Positions 1 to 10,014 of a DNA stretch of 64,000 nucleotides are shown here, piece by piece. The translations under genes and the position numbers were made by a program. Position 1 is the stretch's first letter; every line of letters begins with the position of its first letter. The notes beneath the pieces were generated by a model, which saw only the letters and a list, made by a program, of their open reading frames with translations, made no database searches and was not told the origin of the DNA. Origin of the DNA: a virus (taxonomy: Duplodnaviria > Caudoviricetes); the IMG/VR virus record IMGVR_UViG_3300025924_000004, positions 6,834 to 70,833 of that record. One strand, written 5' to 3'.

Positions 1-62
1 GTAAAACTAATTACCGACCCGTTTACACTTTGACTTATGGTAGCAGAGGTTACAACTGACAT
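1..62 (-). CDS. 5' part of a probable tail/structural gene running off the left edge (MSVVTSATISQSVNGSVISF...)
   Basis: ATG at 62-60 immediately after the TAA of 64..336; open to the window edge; S/T/V-rich. Confidence 0.5.
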   Translation of the reverse strand, partial: MSVVTSATISQSVNGSVISF

Positions 63-63
63 C

Positions 64-336
64 TTAGTGGATGATTAAAGAGGCGATGGCATCAACCGCA
101 TTTTGAATGGTAAAACCACCTGCGGGTACGCTTGCGCCTATTGTTGAAATATCTGTTAATTTTGCCTCAAATATAGTCTGCTGCAACTCATTGGCGATAA
201 TTACATTCTGCTGATAGTTAGGGTCGCCATAAACGTTTACCGTTTGGTTGTTGCAAAGGTAATATGACCTCGGGGATGCAGAGGTGTTAGTCACTTTTAG
301 GCTTCCCACTGCGGGACTTGTAATCAAAATCGCCAT
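64..336 (-). CDS. hypothetical protein, probably virion-associated
   Basis: 90-aa ORF behind a TATATTTA -7 box; beta-rich S/T/N composition. Confidence 0.55.
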   Translation of the reverse strand: MAILITSPAVGSLKVTNTSASPRSYYLCNNQTVNVYGDPNYQQNVIIANELQQTIFEAKLTDISTIGASVPAGGFTIQNAVDAIASLIIH

Positions 337-399
337 TGTCGTAAATTTTTTCGTTATAAATATACATAATTGTTAGAATTAACAATAAATATTTTTTCG

Positions 400-511
400 T
401 ATATTTGAGTAGAGTAGCCAGCTTCGAAATTTGCTGCCCATAGGAAAATATTTTTAAGTCCTTATTGCCTTAGTACCGAGTCGAAGCCGGGAACGGGCGA
501 TAGGGATTTTT
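400..511 (+). promoter_or_regulatory. Bacteroidota promoter plus structured leader A
   Basis: TATATTTG at 400-407; GCTTCGA (421-427) complementary to TCGAAGC (481-487) inside an 11-bp hairpin (459-469/496-506) followed by T5. Confidence 0.6.
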
Positions 512-517
512 AATGTT

Positions 518-1111
518 ATGAATCGCTATTTACAAAGATTTAAATCTACAGAAGAAAGGTTTACAGAAAAGTATGTTGTCAACCAAGAAACCTGCTGTTG
601 GGAATGGGTAGCTTGCAAGGATAAGGGTGGATATGGTAAATTCGATCACGTAAGGGCTCATAGGTTTTCTTACGAATTTTATGTCGGGGAAATACCGGAA
701 GGAAAATTTGTCTGTCATCATTGTGACAATCCATGTTGCGTTAATCCTGAACACCTTTGGGTAGGAACAGCGGAGGATAATTCATTAGATGCAAGGCTAA
801 AAGGAAGGATGCCTATAGCTGTTCACGGAAGTTCTGCCATGTATAATTTATACGGATGCAGATGTGATTTATGTGTTGAAGCTGAAAGTGAAAGAGGCAA
901 AAATTACCATAAAAATAACCCGGAAAAGGAAAAAGAGCGTAGTAAGAGATATTACGAGCAGAACAAAGATAAAGTAAATGCACGGGTAAAAAAATATAAG
1001 CAAGAAAACATAGAGTGGTATAGAAAATACGACAGGGAATATAAGGCTAAAAAACTAAAAGAAAAAAAAGCTAATCAAATTTCAAACCCAATTTCTCCCC
1101 CTTCTTCATAA
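518..1111 (+). CDS. HNH homing endonuclease
   Basis: AHRFSYE...[27 protein letters not shown] motif; basic C-terminal tail; opposite strand to neighbours. Confidence 0.9.
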   Translation: MNRYLQRFKSTEERFTEKYVVNQETCCWEWVACKDKGGYGKFDHVRAHRFSYEFYVGEIPEGKFVCHHCDNPCCVNPEHLWVGTAEDNSLDARLKGRMPIAVHGSSAMYNLYGCRCDLCVEAESERGKNYHKNNPEKEKERSKRYYEQNKDKVNARVKKYKQENIEWYRKYDREYKAKKLKEKKANQISNPISPPSS

Positions 1112-2351
1112 CTTCTGTCATGCCCTCTATAGCGCCTAACTTTATATCTATCCTGTACCCTTTTACACCATCTGCGTATTTTTTTACCTTTTTGATACAT
1201 TCTTCGATAGAATCCCCGGTAGCTACGATAGCCCCTATTTCGGGCAATTCTCCCTCTTGTGGAACAATGTAATAAACATCGTTAATTTTAGTTAGGTTTC
1301 TAAACTTACACCACTTTCTGACCTGTGGTTCAATATATAAAGCCTGCCAGTGATTATTAGCCCAATCTGAATGAACCAGTACTTCCACCCCATACTTACA
1401 ATTATACTCCGGTTCTACCAATGCACCCATAGCTCCGTGCCATAATATTTCACCCAAATTGTCTATCATGGTTTGGAATAATTCTGACGGGGGGCTGCCG
1501 AATCTCATGCAGGCATCAGTCATGTACGATACCTTATCAGAACCGACCCTGATTTCAGTAGACATGAAATTTCTGCACTTATATTCACGCAAAGTGTCGG
1601 ATATTTTTTCAAGGTATTCAGTTATTATAGGGGACATATCTTTCAACTCTTTTACACAGGCAAAATAGCCCTCATCTTTTTGCTCATAACCAAAGAGTGA
1701 CTTTTCAGGGTAATTTCCGTCTATTGAAAAAATATCACAGCCGGTTTCAATTACGTCATCCCCGTCTATAGCATCTTCCACTATAAACTTAACTACCGAT
1801 TGACTTGCGCCCAAAGTAGTTTCAAGTTCATCTAAAATAGGCTCTGTTAGTAAATAGGTGGAAGCGTGAAAAGTTTCGAAGCAACCTCGGTATGTTGAAA
1901 TCTTAATATACTTGTTTTCATTCTTTTGAAGATACTTTCTTAAATTCTCCAATCCCTCTATTTCTCTAACGGGTTGTACAGGTAAACCAATCTTTTTAAG
2001 ATGCTTTTTAGTTTCCATCCTTAAAAGTTCTAATTCATCAGATGCCCTTGAACCCCACACACGTTTACCTAAACTTTCAAGATGTAGCTGAATGTCTGCA
2101 TCATAGCAATCAGGAAAAATAAATAAATCAATCTCATCAACGTAATCCCAAAAGTTATTTATTCGATACAACCCCTCATCTTCTAATCCATCACCGATAA
2201 GAACACCGCTATTCTTTGGAAAAGGCGAAACCCACGGCGTGAAATAATATACCTTCTGAAAGTACTTGGAAATAGTTATTCCAAACTCCAAAAATAACCC
2301 GTGGTCATATATACAAACCGTCTTTTCCTTTAAATTAACCTTTTCGTTCAT
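1071..2351 (-). CDS. ATP-grasp ligase, PurD (GAR synthetase)-like
   Basis: [32 protein letters not shown] and [11 protein letters not shown] mirror PurD motifs (K.FM...GIP, VVKADG, VIEEFLDG, EFN.RFGDP). Confidence 0.8.
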   Translation of the reverse strand: MNEKVNLKEKTVCIYDHGLFLEFGITISKYFQKVYYFTPWVSPFPKNSGVLIGDGLEDEGLYRINNFWDYVDEIDLFIFPDCYDADIQLHLESLGKRVWGSRASDELELLRMETKKHLKKIGLPVQPVREIEGLENLRKYLQKNENKYIKISTYRGCFETFHASTYLLTEPILDELETTLGASQSVVKFIVEDAIDGDDVIETGCDIFSIDGNYPEKSLFGYEQKDEGYFACVKELKDMSPIITEYLEKISDTLREYKCRNFMSTEIRVGSDKVSYMTDACMRFGSPPSELFQTMIDNLGEILWHGAMGALVEPEYNCKYGVEVLVHSDWANNHWQALYIEPQVRKWCKFRNLTKINDVYYIVPQEGELPEIGAIVATGDSIEECIKKVKKYADGVKGYRIDIKLGAIEGMTEVMKKGEKLGLKFD

Positions 2352-2354
2352 ATT

Positions 2355-2486
2355 TTATAGTAAATATATTTCATCTTCATCCAAATCATCAAATGTCCAA
2401 TCGTCGCTATCTCCTTCATCCCCTATTTTTTCTTCGGGGTCATCATAACCCTCTCCTTTAGGTAAACAGTCGCAAACGGGTATCAT
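2355..2486 (-). CDS. 43-aa highly acidic peptide, not in the ORF track (MIPVCDCLPKGEGYDDPEEKIGDEGDSDDWTFDDLDEDEIYLL)
   Basis: ATG overlaps the TGA of 2483..6616 (ATGA); TAA lies 3 nt before the ATP-grasp ATG; 17/43 residues are D/E. Confidence 0.75.
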   Translation of the reverse strand: MIPVCDCLPKGEGYDDPEEKIGDEGDSDDWTFDDLDEDEIYLL

Positions 2487-5400
2487 TTTCCTTTTTTTAC
2501 GTTTTGTCTTAATCCCGGTATACCTGTTTCCAAGTCTTCCTTAACGTATTTTAAAAGTCCGTGCTTCTTGTCAGGGGCACGTTTTTGTTGGTTTTTAGGA
2601 TTTATGCTAAAGGTTGATTTGTCTTTTGTATCTGTCACCGTTGCTAGCTGCTGAATGATACCCGGCTCAACTTCACCCTTAACTATATTTCCTACTAATT
2701 TATCAAATTTCCCCGTACTTCCCAAAGCACCTAAAATTTGGTCAGCACCGTTAGCTAAAGGTATGGCTTGTGCAAGACCGGAAGCAGTTGCTAAAGTTGC
2801 AGCCTCAATACCGTCCTGTTTTCTTCTGTGAGCGTCTAATACCTGCCTAAATGTTGCCCCGACCTGCATGGCTAAGAATATAGGGTGTTCTGTCATCCAT
2901 CGTGGTACATCTTGCCCATATACTCTTATTCCCCCCGCTTCCGGTTGGCCTTTCTTTTGCTTTCCGGGGCGATAAAAACCGCCAAAAGACTGCGGGTTAT
3001 AAAATCCTAATAGTAATGCCGCGCCACCTATAGAACCCTTTTTTAAATTATTAAGTATTTGTTCGGCTTCTTCCGGTTTGAGTTCACCCATGCCCTTGTG
3101 AAAGAAATAAGCTAACTTTTCTGCACCCGCACGTCTTGTCAGGTCAGACAGTCCTACACGGGCTAATTTAAGAGCAGATAATGAACCGAAAGCATATCGC
3201 GAACCCTCTAAGGCTATATTGGTAGGAACTTTAACGAAAGGCAGTAAAATACGAAATAGGGCTGCTGTGTTTTTAGCCCCCGTAGAACTACTGTTTTCTA
3301 AAGTACGCATAGCGGCCTCGTAAGCGGATGAAAGTTTATTGTCCCCCATAAATATAGCTCTGTTAGCATCTTTATAAGCATTAAGCCTGTTTTGGGCATC
3401 TATTGTAGGGTCAAGAGGGTCAAGTCCTTTCTTTGCCGCCGCTTCAAATCTTTTGGCGTAAGAGTATTCAAATATAGCTCTTTTGAACGGTGCTTTAATG
3501 GCAGAGTGCAGGTGTCCCCAAAAGTCTGCTGCTTCCGGTGGTAGTCTTCCTGCTACTTCCTTTCCATATAGTGCCGATATATCGCTTTGACCGCCTTTAG
3601 AAAGACTTAATTCATCAAATGAGTCTTTCATACCCTGCGTGGCTGCGGTAGCGTAGGAACGTGCTAATGCCTTTAAATTAGCTCCTGCTTCAAAGTCTGC
3701 TTTTGCGGCAAGACGTGGCAGTAATTTAGAATAACCTGAACCTAAAAGTTCTTCCGGTATTTTTAGGGAAAGAGTAGTTAATCCCGCTGCTGCCAGTTTA
3801 CCCAACACGGTTATAGAAGCAAGTTTAGCCCACCTACCCCACTTAACAGCAAAGTCAACTACTTTTCTGCCCACCTCTTTTTTGCTATTCGCTATTTCCG
3901 CTATCTGCTTATTTATCTTTGCTTGCTCCCGGTTGATGTCGGCACGTATTTTAAGGTAGTCGTTATCAACTTGTAGTTTACGTTGAGTTTTTTCTTCTAT
4001 GGTTCCTGTTTCATTTTGTGATTTAAGGTCAGCGAGTTTAGTTTCGGCACGTTTTTTTGCTGTTCCTAACCTACGCTCGTTATCTTCTTTAATTGCTTTA
4101 TCAAAACCGTCTTTGATAACTTCCTCTACATCTTTGTGATTTAATCCCTCGATGTGGTCTTTCAGGTCATTATAAACCTTATCCACCACTATTGATAAAG
4201 TATTAATACCATCGTGAACATAATTAATAGCCAGTTTGGTTAACGGCTCAATCATTTCAACTGGTATCTTATTTGCACCAATATCTTTTAGTGACTTGCG
4301 GGCAATAGTATGTAATGTAGCCAGTAGTTCAGCGCGTTCTTCCCTTAATTTTGTTCGGGTAACTTCTTTACGCGTCCTCCGTGCTATTTCACCTACCTTA
4401 TTGACAGAGCCTTGTTCCTGTAGTTTGCGTACCTGTTCTTCACGGTCGGATAGGTCACTTTCAAGTTGCTTTATCCTTGCGGTAGCATCTGTAAGTTGCT
4501 TTTCAAGTTCAGGACTTAACCCCTCACCACCGTTAGCTTGTTTGGCACGGTTTAAAATACGAACACGGGAGTAATCCCGTTTAAGCATTTCCTGCCTGTC
4601 ACGAAGCGTGATGCCAGCCCTGCGTCCTATTTCTTCGGTAGCGGCACGGTTTTCTTCGAGCAAGGCTTCGGTGCGCTCAAACTCTAAATGATTTTCAGCG
4701 GCATTTTCGGGGTGTTCATCGCTATCCTTTAATAGCGCATCCTGCCTGTTTTCAAGTTTTGCCTTGTGGTAACGTAAGGCGGCCTGCTGTTCCTCGGTAG
4801 CTACTACCTTTCCTTTGACGATATCTTTGGAAATTTTTTCGGGGTCAAGTTCACCGCTATCAATAAGGCGTTTGCCCTCTTTGTCAACATCGGCTAATTT
4901 CTTTTTCTGACGCGGCACATCTTCGCCACGTTCTGCTTCAACTTTGGAGTTAGTGATACCAGTTAACTTTTCCTCGCTTGACTGAACGCTACCGCTATCG
5001 CCTGTTTGTTGGCTTTTTTCTTCCCGAACTTTTTCTTCGTCTTTTGGAATGTTTTCCCCTTGTGGAACTCCGATATGTTGTTCGCTATCGTTTTCTTCGA
5101 TTTTCCCTTTTTCAACGGCATTGTCTTGTTCTTTTAAATCGGGTTCAGCCGATGCTTCCCCCGATTTGTTTACATCAGGTTTTTCTTGTGTCCGCCCTTC
5201 TTCGCTTTGGCTGCTTTGCCCTTCTTCGGGTCGTTCTGCCACTTGCTGTCCGGGTCGCCCATTTTCTTCTTGGTGATCTTCGCTTTTGGATTTGTCTTTT
5301 TCATTGCCTTTTTGTTTTAAAATTACGTTTTTAAGTTGATTGTTCAGTTCTTCCCTGTCTTTTTCTGCCTGTTCTAAATTTATTTCGTTTTCGGCATTTT

Positions 5401-6616
5401 TAACAGGGTCATCGGTTTTTTCCGAATACTTTTTAATATCATTATCCAAATCAGCTATTTTGCTGCCTAGGTCGTATTTTTCCTTTTCAGCATCATTAGC
5501 ATGTAGTAGTCCTATTGTGCCGAATAAGGGTGCTTGCTTTAATACAGCATCACTAATATCCTGAATAGCACCACCAATGGTCTGATTAAAAACTGGCCTA
5601 TCCGAAGCTAAGTCAACGCCACCTTTTAATACTGCCTGTCCTGCCTGCAAAGCAGAAAGGTCAACTGCTGCTTTTGATGTGGCTTCACCGTATTTAGGTA
5701 TCAGTTCGCCTAACTTATCAATGAATTTGTCTTTGGTGTCGTTTAAAACGGTTTTAAAGCCATTCTGTGTAAGATTTTTATCTACCGTTTCCTTTAAAGC
5801 ATCTGTAACAATGCCCTGTACGATTTTGTCCTGTACTTCTGCCGATGCTTTTCCGAAAAGACCTACGTTTTTATCAGCGAATATTAACCCGTTCAAAGCC
5901 CCCGTACCACCTATGTAGGCATCCCTGACTAAAGGATTTAATTTGTGGTCGGGGTCAACTTCGTCCATAGTTTCCTGACCCTGACCAAATCCTTGTAATG
6001 CGAACATGGTTTTTGGTAGTTCGGCATATTCGCCCCCAACTGCTGCCGGGGCGATATTAGCCAACATACCCAAAGTTTTGGTAGCACCCATGCCCAAAGA
6101 TTTAGTATCTTCAATCTGTGATTTTTGACCGGGAGTAACGCCTAAATCGGTAAATTTATCTACAGGTTTAAAAGCCTTGTCAGGTATAATTTGCGTATCG
6201 GATAAACTTGTGTTTAAGTGATTAAGTACCCATGCCCCGCCTTTAAGAACTTGCGTACCACCTTTTAAGGCTTGCGAGGTTACATAAGCACCTGATTTCA
6301 TCACCTTACCCAACGTACTATCCATAGCGTGTTGCTGCTTAATTTCATCGGGTGTAGCTTTCCTTAATAGGTCTTTTGGCTTTTGTGCTGCTATTTGTTT
6401 GTACTGGTCAACTTTTTCCCTTATTTCGGGCGGTAATTGCTGATAAAGGTTAAAATCTTGGGATGGGGAAGGCTTTGAGCCAACCGATGAGGCGGGTGTA
6501 GTATCTACTTTTTTTTTTGAATCTACCAAAACATCAGATGCAGGTGGTTTCCATGTACTCTTTTGTGGAGTAACAACCTCATCCGTAGCGGGTGGTGTCC
6601 AATTAAACTGCCCCAT
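2483..6616 (-). CDS. large internal virion (ejected/DNA-transfer) protein
   Basis: 1377 aa, helical and charged; N-terminal W.PPA.D repeats; third of three genes after the tail, as in podovirus ejectosomes. Confidence 0.7.
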   Translation of the reverse strand: MGQFNWTPPATDEVVTPQKSTWKPPASDVLVDSKKKVDTTPASSVGSKPSPSQDFNLYQQLPPEIREKVDQYKQIAAQKPKDLLRKATPDEIKQQHAMDSTLGKVMKSGAYVTSQALKGGTQVLKGGAWVLNHLNTSLSDTQIIPDKAFKPVDKFTDLGVTPGQKSQIEDTKSLGMGATKTLGMLANIAPAAVGGEYAELPKTMFALQGFGQGQETMDEVDPDHKLNPLVRDAYIGGTGALNGLIFADKNVGLFGKASAEVQDKIVQGIVTDALKETVDKNLTQNGFKTVLNDTKDKFIDKLGELIPKYGEATSKAAVDLSALQAGQAVLKGGVDLASDRPVFNQTIGGAIQDISDAVLKQAPLFGTIGLLHANDAEKEKYDLGSKIADLDNDIKKYSEKTDDPVKNAENEINLEQAEKDREELNNQLKNVILKQKGNEKDKSKSEDHQEENGRPGQQVAERPEEGQSSQSEEGRTQEKPDVNKSGEASAEPDLKEQDNAVEKGKIEENDSEQHIGVPQGENIPKDEEKVREEKSQQTGDSGSVQSSEEKLTGITNSKVEAERGEDVPRQKKKLADVDKEGKRLIDSGELDPEKISKDIVKGKVVATEEQQAALRYHKAKLENRQDALLKDSDEHPENAAENHLEFERTEALLEENRAATEEIGRRAGITLRDRQEMLKRDYSRVRILNRAKQANGGEGLSPELEKQLTDATARIKQLESDLSDREEQVRKLQEQGSVNKVGEIARRTRKEVTRTKLREERAELLATLHTIARKSLKDIGANKIPVEMIEPLTKLAINYVHDGINTLSIVVDKVYNDLKDHIEGLNHKDVEEVIKDGFDKAIKEDNERRLGTAKKRAETKLADLKSQNETGTIEEKTQRKLQVDNDYLKIRADINREQAKINKQIAEIANSKKEVGRKVVDFAVKWGRWAKLASITVLGKLAAAGLTTLSLKIPEELLGSGYSKLLPRLAAKADFEAGANLKALARSYATAATQGMKDSFDELSLSKGGQSDISALYGKEVAGRLPPEAADFWGHLHSAIKAPFKRAIFEYSYAKRFEAAAKKGLDPLDPTIDAQNRLNAYKDANRAIFMGDNKLSSAYEAAMRTLENSSSTGAKNTAALFRILLPFVKVPTNIALEGSRYAFGSLSALKLARVGLSDLTRRAGAEKLAYFFHKGMGELKPEEAEQILNNLKKGSIGGAALLLGFYNPQSFGGFYRPGKQKKGQPEAGGIRVYGQDVPRWMTEHPIFLAMQVGATFRQVLDAHRRKQDGIEAATLATASGLAQAIPLANGADQILGALGSTGKFDKLVGNIVKGEVEPGIIQQLATVTDTKDKSTFSINPKNQQKRAPDKKHGLLKYVKEDLETGIPGLRQNVKKGK

Positions 6617-7938
6617 TATTTCTTTATGTATGTTTTACCATCAGGGCCGATATATTGCGTACCTTTTGGTAGTTTGTTATATTCTGCTTCGCTTTGTACC
6701 TGTAATACGTGCTTTTTACCGCCCTGTGTCTGTAAAGCAGAAATATCTACTTTCTCCCCTGTTAACTCATTGGTAAGTTCATTTAACTTTACTTTGGCGT
6801 TGGGGTCTTTTGGGTCAATAATAACCTTTCTTGCAGGCGCTTTTTGTTTCCATTCCTGATTAGTGGCGTCCCATTCCCTTTTTGGCGGTACGTTAAATTC
6901 CAGTTTACCATCTGGGTGTTTTCCTATATCCAAAGTACCATCATAGGTCGGGTCTGCGGCTAACTTAGCTTTTAATGCCTCACCGCTATCATGTACGCCT
7001 GTAAGCATATCATTTACCCATTTTTGCCTATAAATAGGAGTCAGGTTTTGCGCTTGTCCGAAAGTGGGGTATAATGACCTTAAACGTGCTGCGTTAGCTT
7101 GAAGGGCTTCTAAATTACCCATAGTCATGCCTGCGCCTGTTACCTTTTGGCTATTCTTACCGCCACCGCTTACGGCATCGTACATTCTTTGACCCTGTAC
7201 CAAAACAGCCTGTGCAGGGTCTTGTATCCCCGTTTCCCTTATAGCCGTTTTAACTTTATTAGGGTCGCCTGTATGTGACTGAACCCATGCTTTCATGAAT
7301 TTATCCTGTGGAATTTCTGTAGCTGTGGTAGCTACGTTTTCCATCCGTCCAGTAGCCCTATTATACCTTTGTTCAGTAGTTGTAGTTGTTCCTGAAATAT
7401 TTTTAACAATTTCCTGCGCATCTTTAATGGGGTCGCTTTTTGGGACAAGGTATTGCTTGTTTTTAAAGTCATTGTACTTCGGGTCAAATGTGGATACTTT
7501 TGCCCTTTCAGGCATATCTTTCCAAAAACTATCATCCAAATCTACGTTAGGATTGTGGGCTAAAGCGGCATCTTTGTGGTATTCGTCGTTTTCCTGTTTG
7601 CTCTGTTGCGCCTTGTATAAAAATTCATTCTGCATTTGGCGCATTTGCAGGTTTAATGCCTGTTGCTTTTTGGGGTCCGTTTCGGAACGGTACTGCTGAA
7701 ATGTTTTTAATATGTTGCCGTAATCGTTATGCAATACGGGCATATCGGCATCACGTGAGCCGTTGAAGTTTAGTTTAGCAAGTTCCTTAGTAAAATCAGC
7801 TACATTGGTCGCCTGCTGCTGTTGTTGGGTAGCATAGCGTTTATTTAAGTCATCAAGTCCGGGGTTGCCTTGCCATACGTGGGCTTGGCCGCGCCCGTCA
7901 GCGTAAATTTGTCCCCAATTTGGTTGTATCTCTGCCAT
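6616..7938 (-). CDS. internal virion (ejected) protein
   Basis: 440 aa, Q/A/K-rich; C-terminal EYNKLPKGTQYIGPDG motif of a kind seen in ejected proteins; position. Confidence 0.65.
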   Translation of the reverse strand: MAEIQPNWGQIYADGRGQAHVWQGNPGLDDLNKRYATQQQQQATNVADFTKELAKLNFNGSRDADMPVLHNDYGNILKTFQQYRSETDPKKQQALNLQMRQMQNEFLYKAQQSKQENDEYHKDAALAHNPNVDLDDSFWKDMPERAKVSTFDPKYNDFKNKQYLVPKSDPIKDAQEIVKNISGTTTTTEQRYNRATGRMENVATTATEIPQDKFMKAWVQSHTGDPNKVKTAIRETGIQDPAQAVLVQGQRMYDAVSGGGKNSQKVTGAGMTMGNLEALQANAARLRSLYPTFGQAQNLTPIYRQKWVNDMLTGVHDSGEALKAKLAADPTYDGTLDIGKHPDGKLEFNVPPKREWDATNQEWKQKAPARKVIIDPKDPNAKVKLNELTNELTGEKVDISALQTQGGKKHVLQVQSEAEYNKLPKGTQYIGPDGKTYIKK

Positions 7939-8621
7939 TACAGTGTCGATGTTAAGCCCTGACCATTTGAACCGTATGGATTAAAACCCGGTTGACCCAT
8001 GCCTGAATCTGTACCGCCTTGTGCGCTTATTGATGAACCATCGGGTGCGTCAGCTACAGAACCACTACCATTAAATGCACCCATCCTGCTTGCTGCTAAT
8101 CCACCGCCTGCAAAGTCATTGACACCCGAATTGATATTAGCATTTGCCGAACCTCGTAACGCCTGTGATTTAGCCAAATTACCCAAATACTTTTGCTGAA
8201 AGTTCCAATCCCATGCTTTGTCTTTTTGTTGTGCCAAAATAGAGCGTTGCTGTAAAAGGTTAAGCATGTTTCTATTTCGTGCTAATGCGTCTTGTGCGTT
8301 TAAATTATTTGTTGCTTGGTCGCCCTGACGTACTATACTCGCCAAATTTGCACCCGGATTAGCGGAACGGGATAATGTTTGTAAAGCACCTGCTTGGTTT
8401 TGCTGAATAGCCTGCGATTGATTATTATATGCCGGGGCTGCTATACCTTGATTAGCTAACTGCTGCGCGGTGTTTACGTTTTGACTGTACTCTTGCTGCA
8501 CTCCTTCTGTTGGATATGGGTTACTTTTTTCAATAGCATTGGCTTTTGAATTTTGACTTATGCCCTCCCCGATTTTTATGGCTCCGCTAACTGCGGTAAC
8601 TCCGACTGCGACCCAACTCAA
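7938..8621 (-). CDS. small internal virion (DNA-transfer) protein
   Basis: MSWVAVGVTAVSGAIKIG start; Q/N/A/G-rich; first ejectosome gene. Confidence 0.7.
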   Translation of the reverse strand: MSWVAVGVTAVSGAIKIGEGISQNSKANAIEKSNPYPTEGVQQEYSQNVNTAQQLANQGIAAPAYNNQSQAIQQNQAGALQTLSRSANPGANLASIVRQGDQATNNLNAQDALARNRNMLNLLQQRSILAQQKDKAWDWNFQQKYLGNLAKSQALRGSANANINSGVNDFAGGGLAASRMGAFNGSGSVADAPDGSSISAQGGTDSGMGQPGFNPYGSNGQGLTSTL

Positions 8622-9058
8622 CGTAAGTTCCTCACTTTCAATGATTTATCTTCAATTATTGTTCTTTTTCTAACCTTTTTACGGGCTATTACCATTTCTT
8701 TTTCGCTATCATCCTTTGGCATAACCTTAGTAGAATGAAAAGTACTCCATATCACGTCACTTATGCTCTCTGCAAACCGTACTCCCGGTTTGGTTATGCC
8801 CATGTAGGGAGCATGCAGCACTTCAACACCGCCATCCTCTGTAAATATCTTTATACTCCCTTGTGATAGCATGTATGGGTGTATGGTTTTATGCTTCTCT
8901 GAAATAACAAAACTGCCTGCGGGTATATGAACCGTCCGTACATAAAGTCCCGGTGTGAAAAGGTCGTAAGTAGGAAAATCAGACAAACCCATAAAAACCA
9001 TTTCCTTTTTGACTTCGGCTATGAGTTGTTCGTATGATAAAGTGGCTACTTCTTCCAT
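8618..9058 (-). CDS. cupin-fold protein
   Basis: FTPGLYVRTVHIPAGSFVISEKHKTIHPYMLSQGSI cupin barrel pattern. Confidence 0.65.
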   Translation of the reverse strand: MEEVATLSYEQLIAEVKKEMVFMGLSDFPTYDLFTPGLYVRTVHIPAGSFVISEKHKTIHPYMLSQGSIKIFTEDGGVEVLHAPYMGITKPGVRFAESISDVIWSTFHSTKVMPKDDSEKEMVIARKKVRKRTIIEDKSLKVRNLR

Positions 9059-9090
9059 TTTGGATATAAATATAAATATTTTTTACACGA

Positions 9091-9107
9091 TATAACAAAA
9101 AGTTACA
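9091..9107. promoter_or_regulatory. operator-like inverted repeat TATAAC-A5-GTTACA
   Basis: same motif as 14752-14770 and 19825-19841; overlaps the -33 TTTG of a minus-strand promoter. Confidence 0.5.
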
Positions 9108-10013
9108 CTAACGAATATTTTGATAAGAATGGTTATAACTTACTTCGGTTGTAAACAGGACTAAAATACCGCTTGGTGCTGTTGTTTCAAGCCCCATAGT
9201 TAAATAATTGCCTTTCAATGGATTTCCATTAACCAAGTCAGGGAACTCCCGCATAAAACTTCCTTTATAAAGCCCTTCTACTTCGTAACCTATCACCGTT
9301 ATCGCTCCGTCTGTTAATACCTGTTGCTCAAAATCTACGTTTATCAGTTCGCTTTTTTGCCCTGTAGAAGTGTTTATTCCTAAACTTGGCGTTACTAAAA
9401 GCTGATTTGCTTGGTAGTTAATAGTGAGAAATGTTTTCGATATACTTGGCTGCTGATTAGTTGAAAACCATATTGTAGCAGGGTATTGTACACCGTAAAA
9501 GTTACACCTGTCAGGCGTGTTTGCTTCGTGGAAATAGGTTTGCCCCCTAAAAGTGCTGTATGTCCTTGTAAATATAGAGAAAGCATTATCAGGAATAAAA
9601 GAATAGAACGATGTCCACTTGCCTAACTTTTCAGAAAGGGCTATGGTGTTTTGCTGATATGGACTTTCTTCAATAACATCAAGTACAATATTGAAATCAC
9701 TTATATTAAGCGTCCCGTTAGAGTAAAACCAAAATTGTGTTGATGTGGCTATTCCTGTTTCGTCAATAAATCCTACAATGGTCTGTTGAGCGCCTATGCT
9801 TGCCTGTACGTATCCCGAACTAATTGAGTTAAGGTAATATGTCCAACGGTATCTTTGCCCTATTATAAGCGTTGTATTTAGCAAATATAGGTTGCCATCA
9901 TTACAACTGTCATGGCTCGCTGAACCGTCTGCATTTGGCGACCATCCCGTAGTTGTTGCCAAATCTACAAGTGAAAATATAATACGGTTATTTTCAAACG
10001 CTGTGAAGCTCAT
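9108..10013 (-). CDS. tail stabilisation (muzzle) protein, C-terminal part, with an N-terminal beta-sandwich
   Basis: TIALSEKLGKWTSFYSFIPD...RCNFYGVQY resembles the C-terminus of crAss-type stabilisation proteins. Confidence 0.6.
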   Translation of the reverse strand: MSFTAFENNRIIFSLVDLATTTGWSPNADGSASHDSCNDGNLYLLNTTLIIGQRYRWTYYLNSISSGYVQASIGAQQTIVGFIDETGIATSTQFWFYSNGTLNISDFNIVLDVIEESPYQQNTIALSEKLGKWTSFYSFIPDNAFSIFTRTYSTFRGQTYFHEANTPDRCNFYGVQYPATIWFSTNQQPSISKTFLTINYQANQLLVTPSLGINTSTGQKSELINVDFEQQVLTDGAITVIGYEVEGLYKGSFMREFPDLVNGNPLKGNYLTMGLETTAPSGILVLFTTEVSYNHSYQNIR

Positions 10014-10014
10014 T

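Noticed and set aside
1071-2351. True purD auxiliary metabolic gene
   Set aside because: GAR-specific motifs are diverged, no other pur genes are present, and the context is structural; kept only as PurD-like
4236-8738. Plus-strand ORFs overlapping the ejected-protein genes, and similar antisense ORFs elsewhere in the track
   Set aside because: Shadow ORFs: fully antisense to long genes, with S/F/L-rich composition typical of reverse-complement frames
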